Assembly: GCA_051439505.1 (NCBI GenBank)
Contig: JBFRWI010000135.1
Location: 61,192 to 125,191, forward strand
Reading direction: 5' to 3'
DNA: 64,000 nucleotides
From: Hormoscilla sp.
GTDB lineage: Bacteria; Cyanobacteriota; Cyanobacteriia; Cyanobacteriales; Desertifilaceae
The notes under the pieces are model-generated. The model saw only the letters and a list, made by a program, of their open reading frames with translations, had not been told where the DNA came from and ran no database searches. Of the stretch, positions 1 through 8,380 are shown in pieces (position 1 is the stretch's first letter; every line of letters begins with the position of its first letter). Both the position numbers and the translations under genes were made by a program.

Positions 1-816
1 CCAGCTGATTACGAGACGCAGCAGATTTTCTATAGCAGCAAGGATGGGACCAAAGTCCCGATGTTTATCACCCACAAAAAAGGGTTGCAGTTGGATGGGA
101 ATAATCCTACTTACCTCTATGGCTATGGTGGATTTAATATCTCGCTGACGCCCAATTTCTCCATCTCTAATCTGGTGTGGATGGAGATGGGTGGTGTCTA
201 TGCGGTCCCGAATTTGCGTGGCGGTGGCGAGTACGGTGAGGAATGGCACCAGGCGGGGACGAAGCTACAGAAGCAGAATGTGTTTGATGATTTTATCGCG
301 GCGGCTGAGTGGCTGATCGATCGCAAATACACTTCATCAGCAAAACTGGCCATTGCTGGCGGCAGTAATGGGGGTTTATTGGTGGGTGCTTGCATGACCC
401 AACGCCCGGATCTGTTTGCGGCGGCGCTACCAGCCGTGGGGGTGCTGGATATGCTGCGCTTCCATAAGTTTACCATTGGCTGGGCTTGGTGTTCGGATTA
501 CGGTTCTCCTGACGAGCCCGAGGAGTTTAAGGCCCTTTATGCTTATTCGCCTTTGCATAATCTTAAACCTGGCACGGCTTACCCAGCAACACTGATTACT
601 ACGGCAGATCATGACGATCGGGTGGTTCCTGCTCATAGTTTCAAGTTTGCTGCGGCTTTGCAGGAGGCCCATGAAGGTGAAAATCCCGTGTTAATCAGAA
701 TTGACACTAAGGCGGGACATGGTGGTGGCAAGCCTACTGCTAAGATTATTGAAGAGATTGCCGATAAGTTTGCCTTTTTGGTGCGGGTGATGGATATGAA
801 AATGGCTAATGGCTAA
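1..816 (+). CDS. Prolyl oligopeptidase (S9A), C-terminal part; 5' end lies outside the window
   Basis: GGSNGG nucleophile motif, DHDDRV and AGHG catalytic motifs; frame is open from base 1. Confidence 0.95.
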   Translation, partial: PADYETQQIFYSSKDGTKVPMFITHKKGLQLDGNNPTYLYGYGGFNISLTPNFSISNLVWMEMGGVYAVPNLRGGGEYGEEWHQAGTKLQKQNVFDDFIAAAEWLIDRKYTSSAKLAIAGGSNGGLLVGACMTQRPDLFAAALPAVGVLDMLRFHKFTIGWAWCSDYGSPDEPEEFKALYAYSPLHNLKPGTAYPATLITTADHDDRVVPAHSFKFAAALQEAHEGENPVLIRIDTKAGHGGGKPTAKIIEEIADKFAFLVRVMDMKMANG

Positions 817-840
817 TGGCTAATGGCTAATGGCTAATAG
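800..840. repeat. STRR-type heptamer tandem repeat (AATGGCT)n
   Basis: About 5 tandem copies overlapping the stop codon. Confidence 0.9.
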
Positions 841-925
841 TAGGGTGGTCAAAACCAGTTGGTAGTAGGCTTCACTTTTGACCTCCCCCTACCCCCCATG
901 AGAGGGAAAAAAAATTATTAAACCC

Positions 926-955
926 TTGACAAGTTCCACTTCCGTTAGCTATACT
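926..955 (+). promoter_or_regulatory. sigma70-like promoter
   Basis: TTGACA-N18-TATACT. Confidence 0.6.
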
Positions 956-961
956 TTATTT

Positions 962-1175
962 AGCAATATTGGTTCATGGGGGCTTGGAAAATCAACGTAA
1001 CACAAGCCCAAGCGAAACCAGGGATGCCCGGCCCGGACTGCGCAAAAAGCGCCCTATTTGGGTTAAGCAACGGTTCTGAGGCGTTTTAGCGTAACTCCGG
1101 GTCAGGTAAATCTCTAATTCGCTCACTTCGACTCCACAAGGAGAGCCCTGTGGCAGGGTTCTCCCTGCGCATTTT
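962..1175 (+). ncRNA. Candidate structured sRNA or 5' leader
   Basis: Downstream of the promoter; hairpins at 980-1009, 1012-1122 (long, imperfect) and 1141-1163. Confidence 0.3.
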
Positions 1176-1244
1176 TAAATAATTTTGATAGTGAAGAAGG
1201 GGAGATGCCGCTGCAACTACAAATGAGCCGCACCCGGGTGGGCA

Positions 1245-2435
1245 TTGCCCACCTTACAGCTGACGATTGTTTGGGAAAATATTACCGTGAATGAAGAACA
1301 ACAGCAAATAATAGAAAAAACAGACTCTGAGAATGAAGAGCAAAAATTGACGGCAGTAACAGAAAGCAGTTATGCTGAAAAAACAGACCGGATCCGCTCT
1401 TGGGTGCAACTGATTAAGTCTGTTACCCCGCTAATATGGGCGATCGTAATTTTAGCTGTCCTCTTTCCCCTGCTGGGTCAATTATTTATCTCTCAAGCTT
1501 TTCCTCAGCTCAGAAATGTTCCCGAAAAGACTGAGATTGTGGTTGTGGAAAAGCCTGACTGGAGTCAGGTTGATCGGGCAATAGTCGAGGCCCTGAATGA
1601 GGCCCATGCCAGTGCGGAAAATTATGCCTCGGAACAACTGGATCTCTGGATTGCGGAATTGCTCGATCGGGTGGACAATAACTTTTTAGATTGGTACTTT
1701 GGCTACTTGAACCAGAAGCAAATAGAATTGAAAAGCTTTTTCTGGCAAATATCTTCAGCTGCAGGCCATTTGCTGAACTCAGATAATCCCACTGCCAATG
1801 AAAAAGTGGTCCAAGTGATTACCTCCGATTTCCAGCGCGAATTTGCCAAACGAGTCCTGAGACCAACTATCGCTCAACTGAGACTAGAACGATTAATTCA
1901 AGCTACTGTTAACCTTTACCTGGATGAGTTGAGTGGTAAGATCGAGAAAATTCAAGGAAGTTATAACATTACCCAGGCTGACTGGGATCGATATCTCAGT
2001 GATATTGCGATCGCGATTAATGATACTGATGGGAAGATCTCTAATCTGTCCCTGAAGGTTTTGGCCGCTGGCGGGGGTTATTTGGCACTCAAGCCTTTAG
2101 TTGTTCCGATCGCGGCTAAAATTGGCAGTAAAGTGGTGGCGACCATGTCTGGTAAAGCGGGGGGCAAAATTGCTGCGAAAACCGGTACAGCGCTGGCGGG
2201 CAAAATCGGAGCCCAACTGCTAGACCCGATCGTCGGCATTGGCATTATCATTTGGGATGTCTGGGATTATCAGAACACTGTCAAGGTCGATCGACCGATT
2301 TTACATGACAATATTGCCGATTATTTGCAGGAAGTTAAATATTCTTTGCTCTATAATTCGGAAAATGGGATAATGAGTGCGATCGTGCTTCTGGAGAAGG
2401 ATCTTTCCAAATCACTTAGTGCGAAATCATCTTAG
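1245..2435 (+). CDS. Hypothetical membrane-anchored protein (alternative GTG start at 1287)
   Basis: 396-aa ORF with N-terminal TM segment and a Gly/Ala/Lys-rich hydrophobic C-terminal stretch. Confidence 0.8.
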   Translation: MPTLQLTIVWENITVNEEQQQIIEKTDSENEEQKLTAVTESSYAEKTDRIRSWVQLIKSVTPLIWAIVILAVLFPLLGQLFISQAFPQLRNVPEKTEIVVVEKPDWSQVDRAIVEALNEAHASAENYASEQLDLWIAELLDRVDNNFLDWYFGYLNQKQIELKSFFWQISSAAGHLLNSDNPTANEKVVQVITSDFQREFAKRVLRPTIAQLRLERLIQATVNLYLDELSGKIEKIQGSYNITQADWDRYLSDIAIAINDTDGKISNLSLKVLAAGGGYLALKPLVVPIAAKIGSKVVATMSGKAGGKIAAKTGTALAGKIGAQLLDPIVGIGIIIWDVWDYQNTVKVDRPILHDNIADYLQEVKYSLLYNSENGIMSAIVLLEKDLSKSLSAKSS

Positions 2436-2480
2436 AAGGTGATTATTTGCATGAGTTGGGACAATATTCTCGCTCCCTCT

Positions 2481-2900
2481 TTAAAGAATCGTCAGATATG
2501 TTTGTGTCGGACTAATGGGTAACGGTTCTAACCTTTGGTTCTTTAAGTCCAGTTCTATTCCTAATGCTTCCAGGGGGATGACACCGAGTAATGGAGAACT
2601 CCCACCGGGGAGTTCTAAACATTCAAATGTCCCTTCTCGTGATAATAAGGAAATCTTCGCATCTTGAAATATCCTGGCTTTACCAATGCCACTTGCCGTT
2701 TCCACATCAACTTCTTTTAACAATTCCAGTCCTAAAGATGCGATCGCCTCTTTTGGCAAGCACAACGTGGTGGCACCTGTATCCACGAGCACATTCGAGA
2801 TCGTAATCGATCGGACTTCCTCTGGGCTTATCATATCTCTTGTTGCCAGAATTTGGTCAGCACGATTCGTGACCACTAGCGTTGTTATAATTCTACCCAT
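2481..2900 (-). CDS. Clan AA (retropepsin-like) aspartyl protease
   Basis: LVDTGAT and LLGVIPLEALG motifs. Confidence 0.85.
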   Translation of the reverse strand: MGRIITTLVVTNRADQILATRDMISPEEVRSITISNVLVDTGATTLCLPKEAIASLGLELLKEVDVETASGIGKARIFQDAKISLLSREGTFECLELPGGSSPLLGVIPLEALGIELDLKNQRLEPLPISPTQTYLTIL

Positions 2901-3105
2901 TTGCGCTATGCGGAGTTGATGACGTTTTTACTCCGACCTCCTCTAACTTGATTATAGCATAGAGATTCTGATTATGACGAATACCACTGGATCGCTTGAC
3001 AGGCATTAGTTGATAGTATATCATGTCTATCAAGCGATGGGAGGATACCCGCAGCACGAGAATCCAGTTGATTTGTAACTCTGGTAGTTGACAATGGGCG
3101 ATCGT

Positions 3106-3294
3106 CAATACTTCTCGGTTAACATCTTATTTGTCATTGCGAGGGGGGCGCACCATCCGACATTGTGGAGATCTCCGCGTAAGATCCCCCGAAGCAATCT
3201 CATGCGTTGTCGGGGAGATTGCTAGCCCTCCTGCGTCGGGCCGCTACGCTAACGGGGGGGGGATTGCTTCGTGCGGAGCAACGCTGCGCGACTC
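3106..3294 (+). repeat. TGTC-tagged REP-like/MITE element
   Basis: TGTCATTGCGAGGGGGG...CCCCCGAAGCAATCT followed by an inverted half; same family as 5517-5556, 6483-6720 and 36061-36650. Confidence 0.85.
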
Positions 3295-3297
3295 AAT

Positions 3298-3909
3298 TCA
3301 CAGAGTTACCGTGACTATATTGCTTGGGGTTCCTTCTCCGGCTTTATTAATGGCGATTACTTGGTAAATTAACTCTTTCCCCCGGGGTTGATTGACTAGA
3401 GCGATTTCTGACTCTATAGCAGTGGCCACATCTACCGGCGCGTCTTCGGATGCGGTAATGCGACGCTGCACTTTATATGCTTTTACGGGGCCTCCTTCTT
3501 TAGGGCCTTTCCAATCTAATGCTATCCAGCCCGGTCCTTGAGAGACTATTTCCAGAGAGCGTACTTGCCCGGGAGCCCCTTGGGCACTGGGACGCGATCG
3601 CCCTCCCCAGCCCAATAGTTCCAGCTTTTCATCGCTATAATTTACGGTGTTCTCGGCATAGCGCAATACCCTTTTGAGGTTATCTGTCAGGGTTTCAAAA
3701 GCGTCATTTTTAGTGATTGTTGCCTCTTTGGCGGCGGCGGTAGCAGCGATCATCGCGTTTTGGGTGGCGATCAGGTTGTTAAGGTTAGCTGTCAACTCTT
3801 CTGTTGTCAGTGGTGGTGAGGGATAGACAGTGGTGTTAGCCGTTAATCCGCCGATTACAGCTTGAGCGAGGGCAATAACTTCTGATTCAGATCTTGGAAA
3901 TTTAGCCAT
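3298..3909 (-). CDS. Helical N-terminal + fibronectin type III-like domain protein (paralog of 39241-39849)
   Basis: ATG at 3909 with AGGAAGAGG RBS; C-terminal PGQV..L, LDWK.P, YKVQ, Y.VIAINKAGEG.PSN pattern; no signal peptide. Confidence 0.85.
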   Translation of the reverse strand: MAKFPRSESEVIALAQAVIGGLTANTTVYPSPPLTTEELTANLNNLIATQNAMIAATAAAKEATITKNDAFETLTDNLKRVLRYAENTVNYSDEKLELLGWGGRSRPSAQGAPGQVRSLEIVSQGPGWIALDWKGPKEGGPVKAYKVQRRITASEDAPVDVATAIESEIALVNQPRGKELIYQVIAINKAGEGTPSNIVTVTL

Positions 3910-3943
3910 TTTTGCCTCTTCCTTTACTCCCAATAGGTTTACA

Positions 3944-4174
3944 TTGGCTTTGAGTAAGCTTACTTTGGCTTTGAGTAAGCTTACTTTGGCTTTGAGTAAG
4001 CTTACTTTGGCTTTGAGTAAGCTTACTTTGGCTTTGAGTAAGCTTACTTTGGCTTTGGGTAAGCTTACTTTGGCTTTGGGTAAGCTTACTTTGGCTTTGG
4101 GTAAGCTTACTTTGGCTTTGGGTAAGCTTACTTTGGCTTTGGGTAAGCTTACTTTGGCTTTGGGTAAGCTAGCA
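3944..4174. repeat. 21-bp tandem array, 11 units, TTGGCTTTG(A/G)GTAAGCTTACT
   Basis: 5 A-type units followed by 6 G-type units; A-type units contain the 12-bp palindrome AGTAAGCTTACT. Confidence 0.98.
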
Positions 4175-4367
4175 ATAGTTTATTGTAAGGCGTTGTCACA
4201 AGTCGTTGATAGTCATTTGCTGCCGAGCCCTGTAGGGGCTGAGCTTAGGCGCGTCAATTGTGACATAACTTGACAGATATCCTAGCAGTGATTTTTCCCT
4301 CACGGTATGCAACGCCGGGCACTTCGCGAGGTCTCCCCGTACCAACTGACCCATGACCACACTTTTT

Positions 4368-4396
4368 ATTGTAAGCCAACAATGGCTTATTGTCAA
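4368..4396 (-). promoter_or_regulatory. sigma70-like promoter facing the array and FN3 gene, with an overlapping palindrome
   Basis: Minus strand TTGACA-N17-TACAAT; inverted repeat TAAGCCA-N4-TGGCTTA spans the spacer. Confidence 0.65.
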
Positions 4397-4428
4397 GCTG
4401 TCGTGCTGTTGAAATAGCTGATGACCTG

Positions 4429-4468
4429 AGATTCCTCGCTGCTATCCCGCACTCGGAGCGAGGAATCT
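4429..4468. repeat. Inverted repeat (REP-like hairpin)
   Basis: AGATTCCTCGCT-N16-AGCGAGGAATCT, perfect 12-bp arms. Confidence 0.75.
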
Positions 4469-4615
4469 AGATTGAAATCGTCAAATATGGGCGATCGCCC
4501 CCAAACCCCGGCGACTGGGAGATCCCATGCACGGTGGACTACATGACCTGAAGCAATGGATTGTCACAGATAACTGCCAGTTGATTGCGATGTTGGGTAT
4601 GGGGCCTTGGCAAAA

Positions 4616-4767
4616 GGGTGTGGTCAAAAACAGTTGATCGTTCGGGCGGCCCTCCCAGTCGCCGGATCCCCCCAAACCCCCCTTAAAAAGGGGGGCTTTC
4701 GGAGCCCCCCCTTTCGGGAAGGGGGGGTTTGGGGGGGATCCTTTACAACAAATGCATGACCACACCC
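4616..4767. mobile_element. MITE family A (TIR GGGTGTGGTCA)
   Basis: GGGTGTGGTCA...TGACCACACCC with 9-bp TSD TTGGCAAAA. Confidence 0.9.
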
Positions 4768-4995
4768 TTGGCAAAAGGGCCCTGGCGAGGTGGCCCAAGA
4801 GATTCAGGGTGAGTTTGATGATGTGGTGTGGCGCAGTCTTCGCTCCGGGGCCAGCACGATGGCGATCTGTTGGCAGATTTGCTCTTATTCCTCTCTGACA
4901 AGCCATCGGGAGATGGGACTCTCAACCCCCCTCTCCCTGCTTTGAGCTCCCTGCTCGAAGAAGCGATGTGGGCGAAATATGTGAGTAAGGAACAT

Positions 4996-5050
4996 GTTGA
5001 TGGCGGGGGTGGGAAAGCAACTAAGAAACCCGGTTTCGCAGGAGTTACCG
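4996..5050 (+). repeat. 55-bp direct repeat, copy 1 (copy 2 at 5462-5516)
   Basis: GTTGAT.GCGGGGGTGGGAA...AACTAAGAAACCCGGT...GAGTTACCG in both copies. Confidence 0.85.
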
Positions 5051-5126
5051 GGTTTCTGGGGTATCTTCGAGAGGGGCTGACGCCAGCCCAATGCTATACT
5101 CTTAGCTTGCGATCGCCAAGCCTATC

Positions 5127-5393
5127 CTAATGATATTGCTGGGAGTTGGTAAAGGCATTGAACAGACGGGCACCCAGATCCAAAAGATCTAGAGAGCGCT
5201 TGGTGCCTAATGTTGTGTCTCCGACAATATCACCGTCAGAGTCGATCGCCAGACACTGCACGTCGCCAGTGCCCTGATAGTAGATTAGGAAACCATCAGA
5301 ACATTCGGAAAATCCCAGATAATCGGCAAATGGATGGTACTCGGCCACGGCATTGCTAAACATGCGGTGCAGCATTCCTTCAGCAGCAGACAT
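5127..5393 (-). CDS. Hypothetical 88-aa protein
   Basis: ORF with upstream AGGAG RBS; no recognised motif. Confidence 0.55.
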   Translation of the reverse strand: MSAAEGMLHRMFSNAVAEYHPFADYLGFSECSDGFLIYYQGTGDVQCLAIDSDGDIVGDTTLGTKRSLDLLDLGARLFNAFTNSQQYH

Positions 5394-5461
5394 ATCATTT
5401 TCTCCTGTCCAGATCGCTTTTCACTGATATATCTGGCGAGAGTCAGGCTTCTATGCAGCAG

Positions 5462-5516
5462 GTTGATAGCGGGGGTGGGAAGGTAACTAAGAAACCCGGT
5501 AAAAGATGAGTTACCG
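5462..5516 (+). repeat. 55-bp direct repeat, copy 2
   Basis: Matches 4996-5050; directly followed by a TGTC-REP end. Confidence 0.85.
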
Positions 5517-5556
5517 CAATACTTCTCGGTTAGCAACTTGTCATTGCGAGGGGGGC
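5517..5556 (+). repeat. Truncated TGTC-REP element end
   Basis: CAATACTTCTCGGTTA...TTGTCATTGCGAGGGGGG. Confidence 0.8.
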
Positions 5557-5575
5557 CCAAACCGACATGTCGGAA

Positions 5576-5700
5576 TCGTACAATATGTCAGAGGCTTCAT
5601 CCACTATATCCACTCGTTTGCGGTCTTGACAAGCAATCACGAACTCCGATACCTCCTCGCAGAGCTTTTCGCGGATCTTGTCTGCATGGCCATTTTTGAC
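5576..5700 (-). pseudogene. HisE/MazG-like NTP pyrophosphohydrolase fragment
   Basis: Hand translation DKIREKLCEEVSEFVIACQDRKRVDIVDEASDILY; no start codon; bounded by repeat elements. Confidence 0.6.
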
Positions 5701-5701
5701 T

Positions 5702-5727
5702 ATGCATTTTAAATGCGCGACAGCTTA
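5702..5727 (-). repeat. Dispersed element end TAAGCTGTCGCGCATTTAAA (also 15607-15632 and 59555-59580)
   Basis: Three near-identical copies in the window; two are linked to (TTTTGAA)n tracts. Confidence 0.8.
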
Positions 5728-5796
5728 TTTCCGCAAAATACAACAAGTGGACCGGTCATCTGGGATCTGTTCTGGCATCTGGCGACAGAGGGTAGC

Positions 5797-6062
5797 CTAA
5801 AGGTTCTGATATACTTCATCATCATTACGCTTGCCTACCCTGAAAATTTCCACCTCACCTTCGTCAATTGTGTAAAGAATTCTAAACTCACCTTGGTCCG
5901 GTAACTCCCCTCGTAACCTTCTAATTTTTTACAATCTTGAGGCATCGGAGTTGCTTGAAGAGAAAAATTTTTTTTTGCCACCTGCTTAAACTGCTTAGGT
6001 TGTAACTTATACAAAGTTTTCTCAGCCGCTTTTGTCAGTCTGATAGCGTAACGTTCAGTCAT
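5797..6062 (-). pseudogene. RelE/ParE-family toxin, frameshifted
   Basis: ...KKLEGYEGSYR continues in another frame as DQGEFRILYTIDEGEVEIFRVGKRNDDEVYQNL*; the 266-nt span is not a multiple of 3. Confidence 0.85.
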
Positions 6063-6369
6063 TCATAATACTCTCCATCGTGAAGTCCGTGCCGTGCAAC
6101 TTGTTATAATTGGCAATTAAAGTCTCAGGGGTGACAAACTCACCATCATGTTCGGCTATAGCGCGACGCATGTTCTCTGATTCTATAGCATCTTCTAAAG
6201 CCTCAAGCCGCCGGAGTTCGGAATAGCTAACGATCGCCGCAACTGCCTGACCTTCTCGTTCTATCATAATCCGTTCCCCACTGTCACCCATCATACGGGT
6301 CAGCAGTTCGGCCAAATGGGCTTGCGCCTGCATTACATCTACTACAGTTGCCGTCGTTAACGGTTCCAT
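6055..6369 (-). CDS. Phd/YefM-family antitoxin
   Basis: GERIMIEREGQAVAAIVSYSEL pattern; overlaps the toxin start. Confidence 0.85.
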   Translation of the reverse strand: MEPLTTATVVDVMQAQAHLAELLTRMMGDSGERIMIEREGQAVAAIVSYSELRRLEALEDAIESENMRRAIAEHDGEFVTPETLIANYNKLHGTDFTMESIMND

Positions 6370-6380
6370 AATTCACCTTC

Positions 6381-6429
6381 TCCGCAAAATACAACAAGTG
6401 GACCGGTCATCTGGTATCTGTTCTGGCAT
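6381..6429 (+). repeat. 49-bp direct repeat (other copy ~5730-5778) bracketing the TA module
   Basis: TCCGCAAAATACAACAAGTGGACCGGTCATCTGG.ATCTGTTCTGGCAT in both. Confidence 0.9.
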
Positions 6430-6482
6430 TTCAGTCATTCATAATGCTATCCGACGATCGCCGCTTCCGCCCCAACCGGTGC

Positions 6483-6720
6483 CAATACCTCTCGGTTAAG
6501 GATATAGATTGTCATTGCGAGGGGGGGGGACAACCGCGATCGACAAGCAGGGAAATTGAGTTAACCCCCCCGAAGCAATCTCCCCGACGACGCATGAGAT
6601 TGCTAGCCCTCCTGCGTCGGGCCGCTGCGCTAACGGGGGGATCTTGCGCGGGGTTCCGAACAATGTCGTATGGTGCGCCCCCCTCGCAATGACAAATAAG
6701 ATGTTAACCGATAAGTATTG
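6483..6720. mobile_element. Composite TGTC-REP element with inverted ends (REPIN/MITE-like)
   Basis: Left end CAATACCTCTCGGTTAA...TGTCATTGCGAGGGGGG; right end CCCCCCTCGCAATGACAAATAAGATGTTAACCGATAAGTATTG. Confidence 0.8.
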
Positions 6721-6820
6721 CAACCGGTGCGGTCTGGGTATGGCATCATTTTTTCTTTCTCCCCGATTATAGCTATCCATCTACAATATGGCAAATGGCT
6801 ATATCTCAATTTTATTATTT

Positions 6821-6900
6821 AGCCCGCGCAGGCGGTTGCCGCGCTGCGCTCGCAATGACATTGCTTTGTTTGTGTAGCCCCACCCTTTAGGGTGAGGGCG
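6821..6900 (+). repeat. GTAG-type REP element carrying a 27-bp nested TGTC-REP
   Basis: Compared with the uninterrupted inverted copy at ~25965-26018. Confidence 0.7.
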
Positions 6901-6935
6901 TCGTATACAATAGTATAAGTTTACCATCGATCGCC

Positions 6936-8321
6936 ATGGAATTCAACAGCAATCCTACATCTCTGGCCACTACCCTCAAGCAGCGGCGGCAACGACTTGC
7001 CCAACAGATTGATTTCCCCATTATCCTCTGGTCAGGGAGTCCGAGTCCGCGCAATTTCCCCGCAAATCTTTTCCCCTTCCGCGCCAGCAGTCATTTTCTC
7101 TATTTTGCTGGGTTGCAGTTGGAGAATGCAGCCATTCGCCTAGACAATGGTAAGTTAGAACTGTTTATGGATGACCCGACCCCTGCTGACACCCTCTGGC
7201 ATGAGATCCCAACCAGGTCAGACATTGCCCAAAAAATCGGGGCCGATGCTGCCTATCCGATGACAGAATTAGCATCCCATGGCTCGGGTGCCGCAACTAT
7301 TGCCGTACAGGATGCTAATACTTGTCAGTCCCAAGCCCAGATTTTAAGCCGTCCGGTAACATCCGTTCCCGAAGGAATTGACCTGTCCTTAGCTAAGGCA
7401 ATTGTCTCTCTCCGATTGTATCACGATGGGGCGGCTTTGTCCGAGTTGCGGCAAGGAGTTGCCGTGACAGTCAAAGCCCATCAGGCGGGGATGACCGCCA
7501 CAATGCATGCTGACTCGGAAGCCAAAGTCCGGGGCGCGATCGAGGCTGTTTTTCTGGCGCACAATATGAGTCCTGCTTATGGCAGTATCGTCACGGTACA
7601 TGGGGAAGTTTTGCACAACTTCAAGTATCACCATGCCCTACAGCGGCAAGATTTACTATTAGTAGATGCGGGAGCCGAAACCGCCAATGGTTGGGCCTCC
7701 GACGTAACCCGCACCTGGCCCGTGAAGGGCAAGTTTTCCCCCACCCAGCGGGACTTATACGATCTGGTTTTGACAGCCCATGATGCTTGTATTGCCGAGG
7801 TCCGCCCCGATGTCGAGTATCGGGATATTCATTTACTAGCCGCCTCAGTAATGGCCTCCGGTTTAGTAGATTTAGGCATCTTAAAAGGTCACCCCGCAGA
7901 CTTGGTAGAAATGGATGCCCACGCCCTGTTCTTCCCCCACGGAGTCGGTCATATTCTGGGGCTGGATGTCCACGATATGGAAGATTTGGGTGATTTGGCC
8001 GGCTATGCTGAAGGTCGCCAAAGAAGCGATCGCTTTGGTTTGGGCTTCCTGCGCCTCGATCGCCCTTTAAAACCAGGTATGGTAGTGACAATAGAGCCAG
8101 GATTTTATCAAGTACCCGCTATTTTGCAGGATGCCGATAACCGGGCAAAATATCAGGAAGTGGTAAATTGGGATCGGCTAGCAAAGTTTGCTGATGTCCG
8201 GGGGATCAGAATAGAAGATGATGTCTTGGTCACGGAATCTGGCAATGAAGTGTTAACATCTGCTTTGCCCACATCCCCCGATCAAATAGAAGAATTGGTA
8301 GAAGAAGGAGGTGGTTTCTAA
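6936..8321 (+). CDS. pepP: Xaa-Pro aminopeptidase (M24B)
   Basis: DAGAE, SDVTRT, HGVGHILGLDVHD, TIEPG and GIRIEDD motifs. Confidence 0.92.
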   Translation: MEFNSNPTSLATTLKQRRQRLAQQIDFPIILWSGSPSPRNFPANLFPFRASSHFLYFAGLQLENAAIRLDNGKLELFMDDPTPADTLWHEIPTRSDIAQKIGADAAYPMTELASHGSGAATIAVQDANTCQSQAQILSRPVTSVPEGIDLSLAKAIVSLRLYHDGAALSELRQGVAVTVKAHQAGMTATMHADSEAKVRGAIEAVFLAHNMSPAYGSIVTVHGEVLHNFKYHHALQRQDLLLVDAGAETANGWASDVTRTWPVKGKFSPTQRDLYDLVLTAHDACIAEVRPDVEYRDIHLLAASVMASGLVDLGILKGHPADLVEMDAHALFFPHGVGHILGLDVHDMEDLGDLAGYAEGRQRSDRFGLGFLRLDRPLKPGMVVTIEPGFYQVPAILQDADNRAKYQEVVNWDRLAKFADVRGIRIEDDVLVTESGNEVLTSALPTSPDQIEELVEEGGGF

Positions 8322-8380
8322 GTCTCCTGGCCCGCCGTGGGTTTGAACCCCCGGCGGGCTAACAACGAAGCGAGAAAATT

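Noticed and set aside
3944..4273. 109-aa + strand ORF (LALSKLT)n
   Set aside because: By-product of the 21-bp repeat; TTG start, no evident RBS, antisense to the promoter and gene
4481..5130. Overlapping ORFs with PPNPP/KGGLGG text
   Set aside because: Translations of MITE and palindromic repeat sequence
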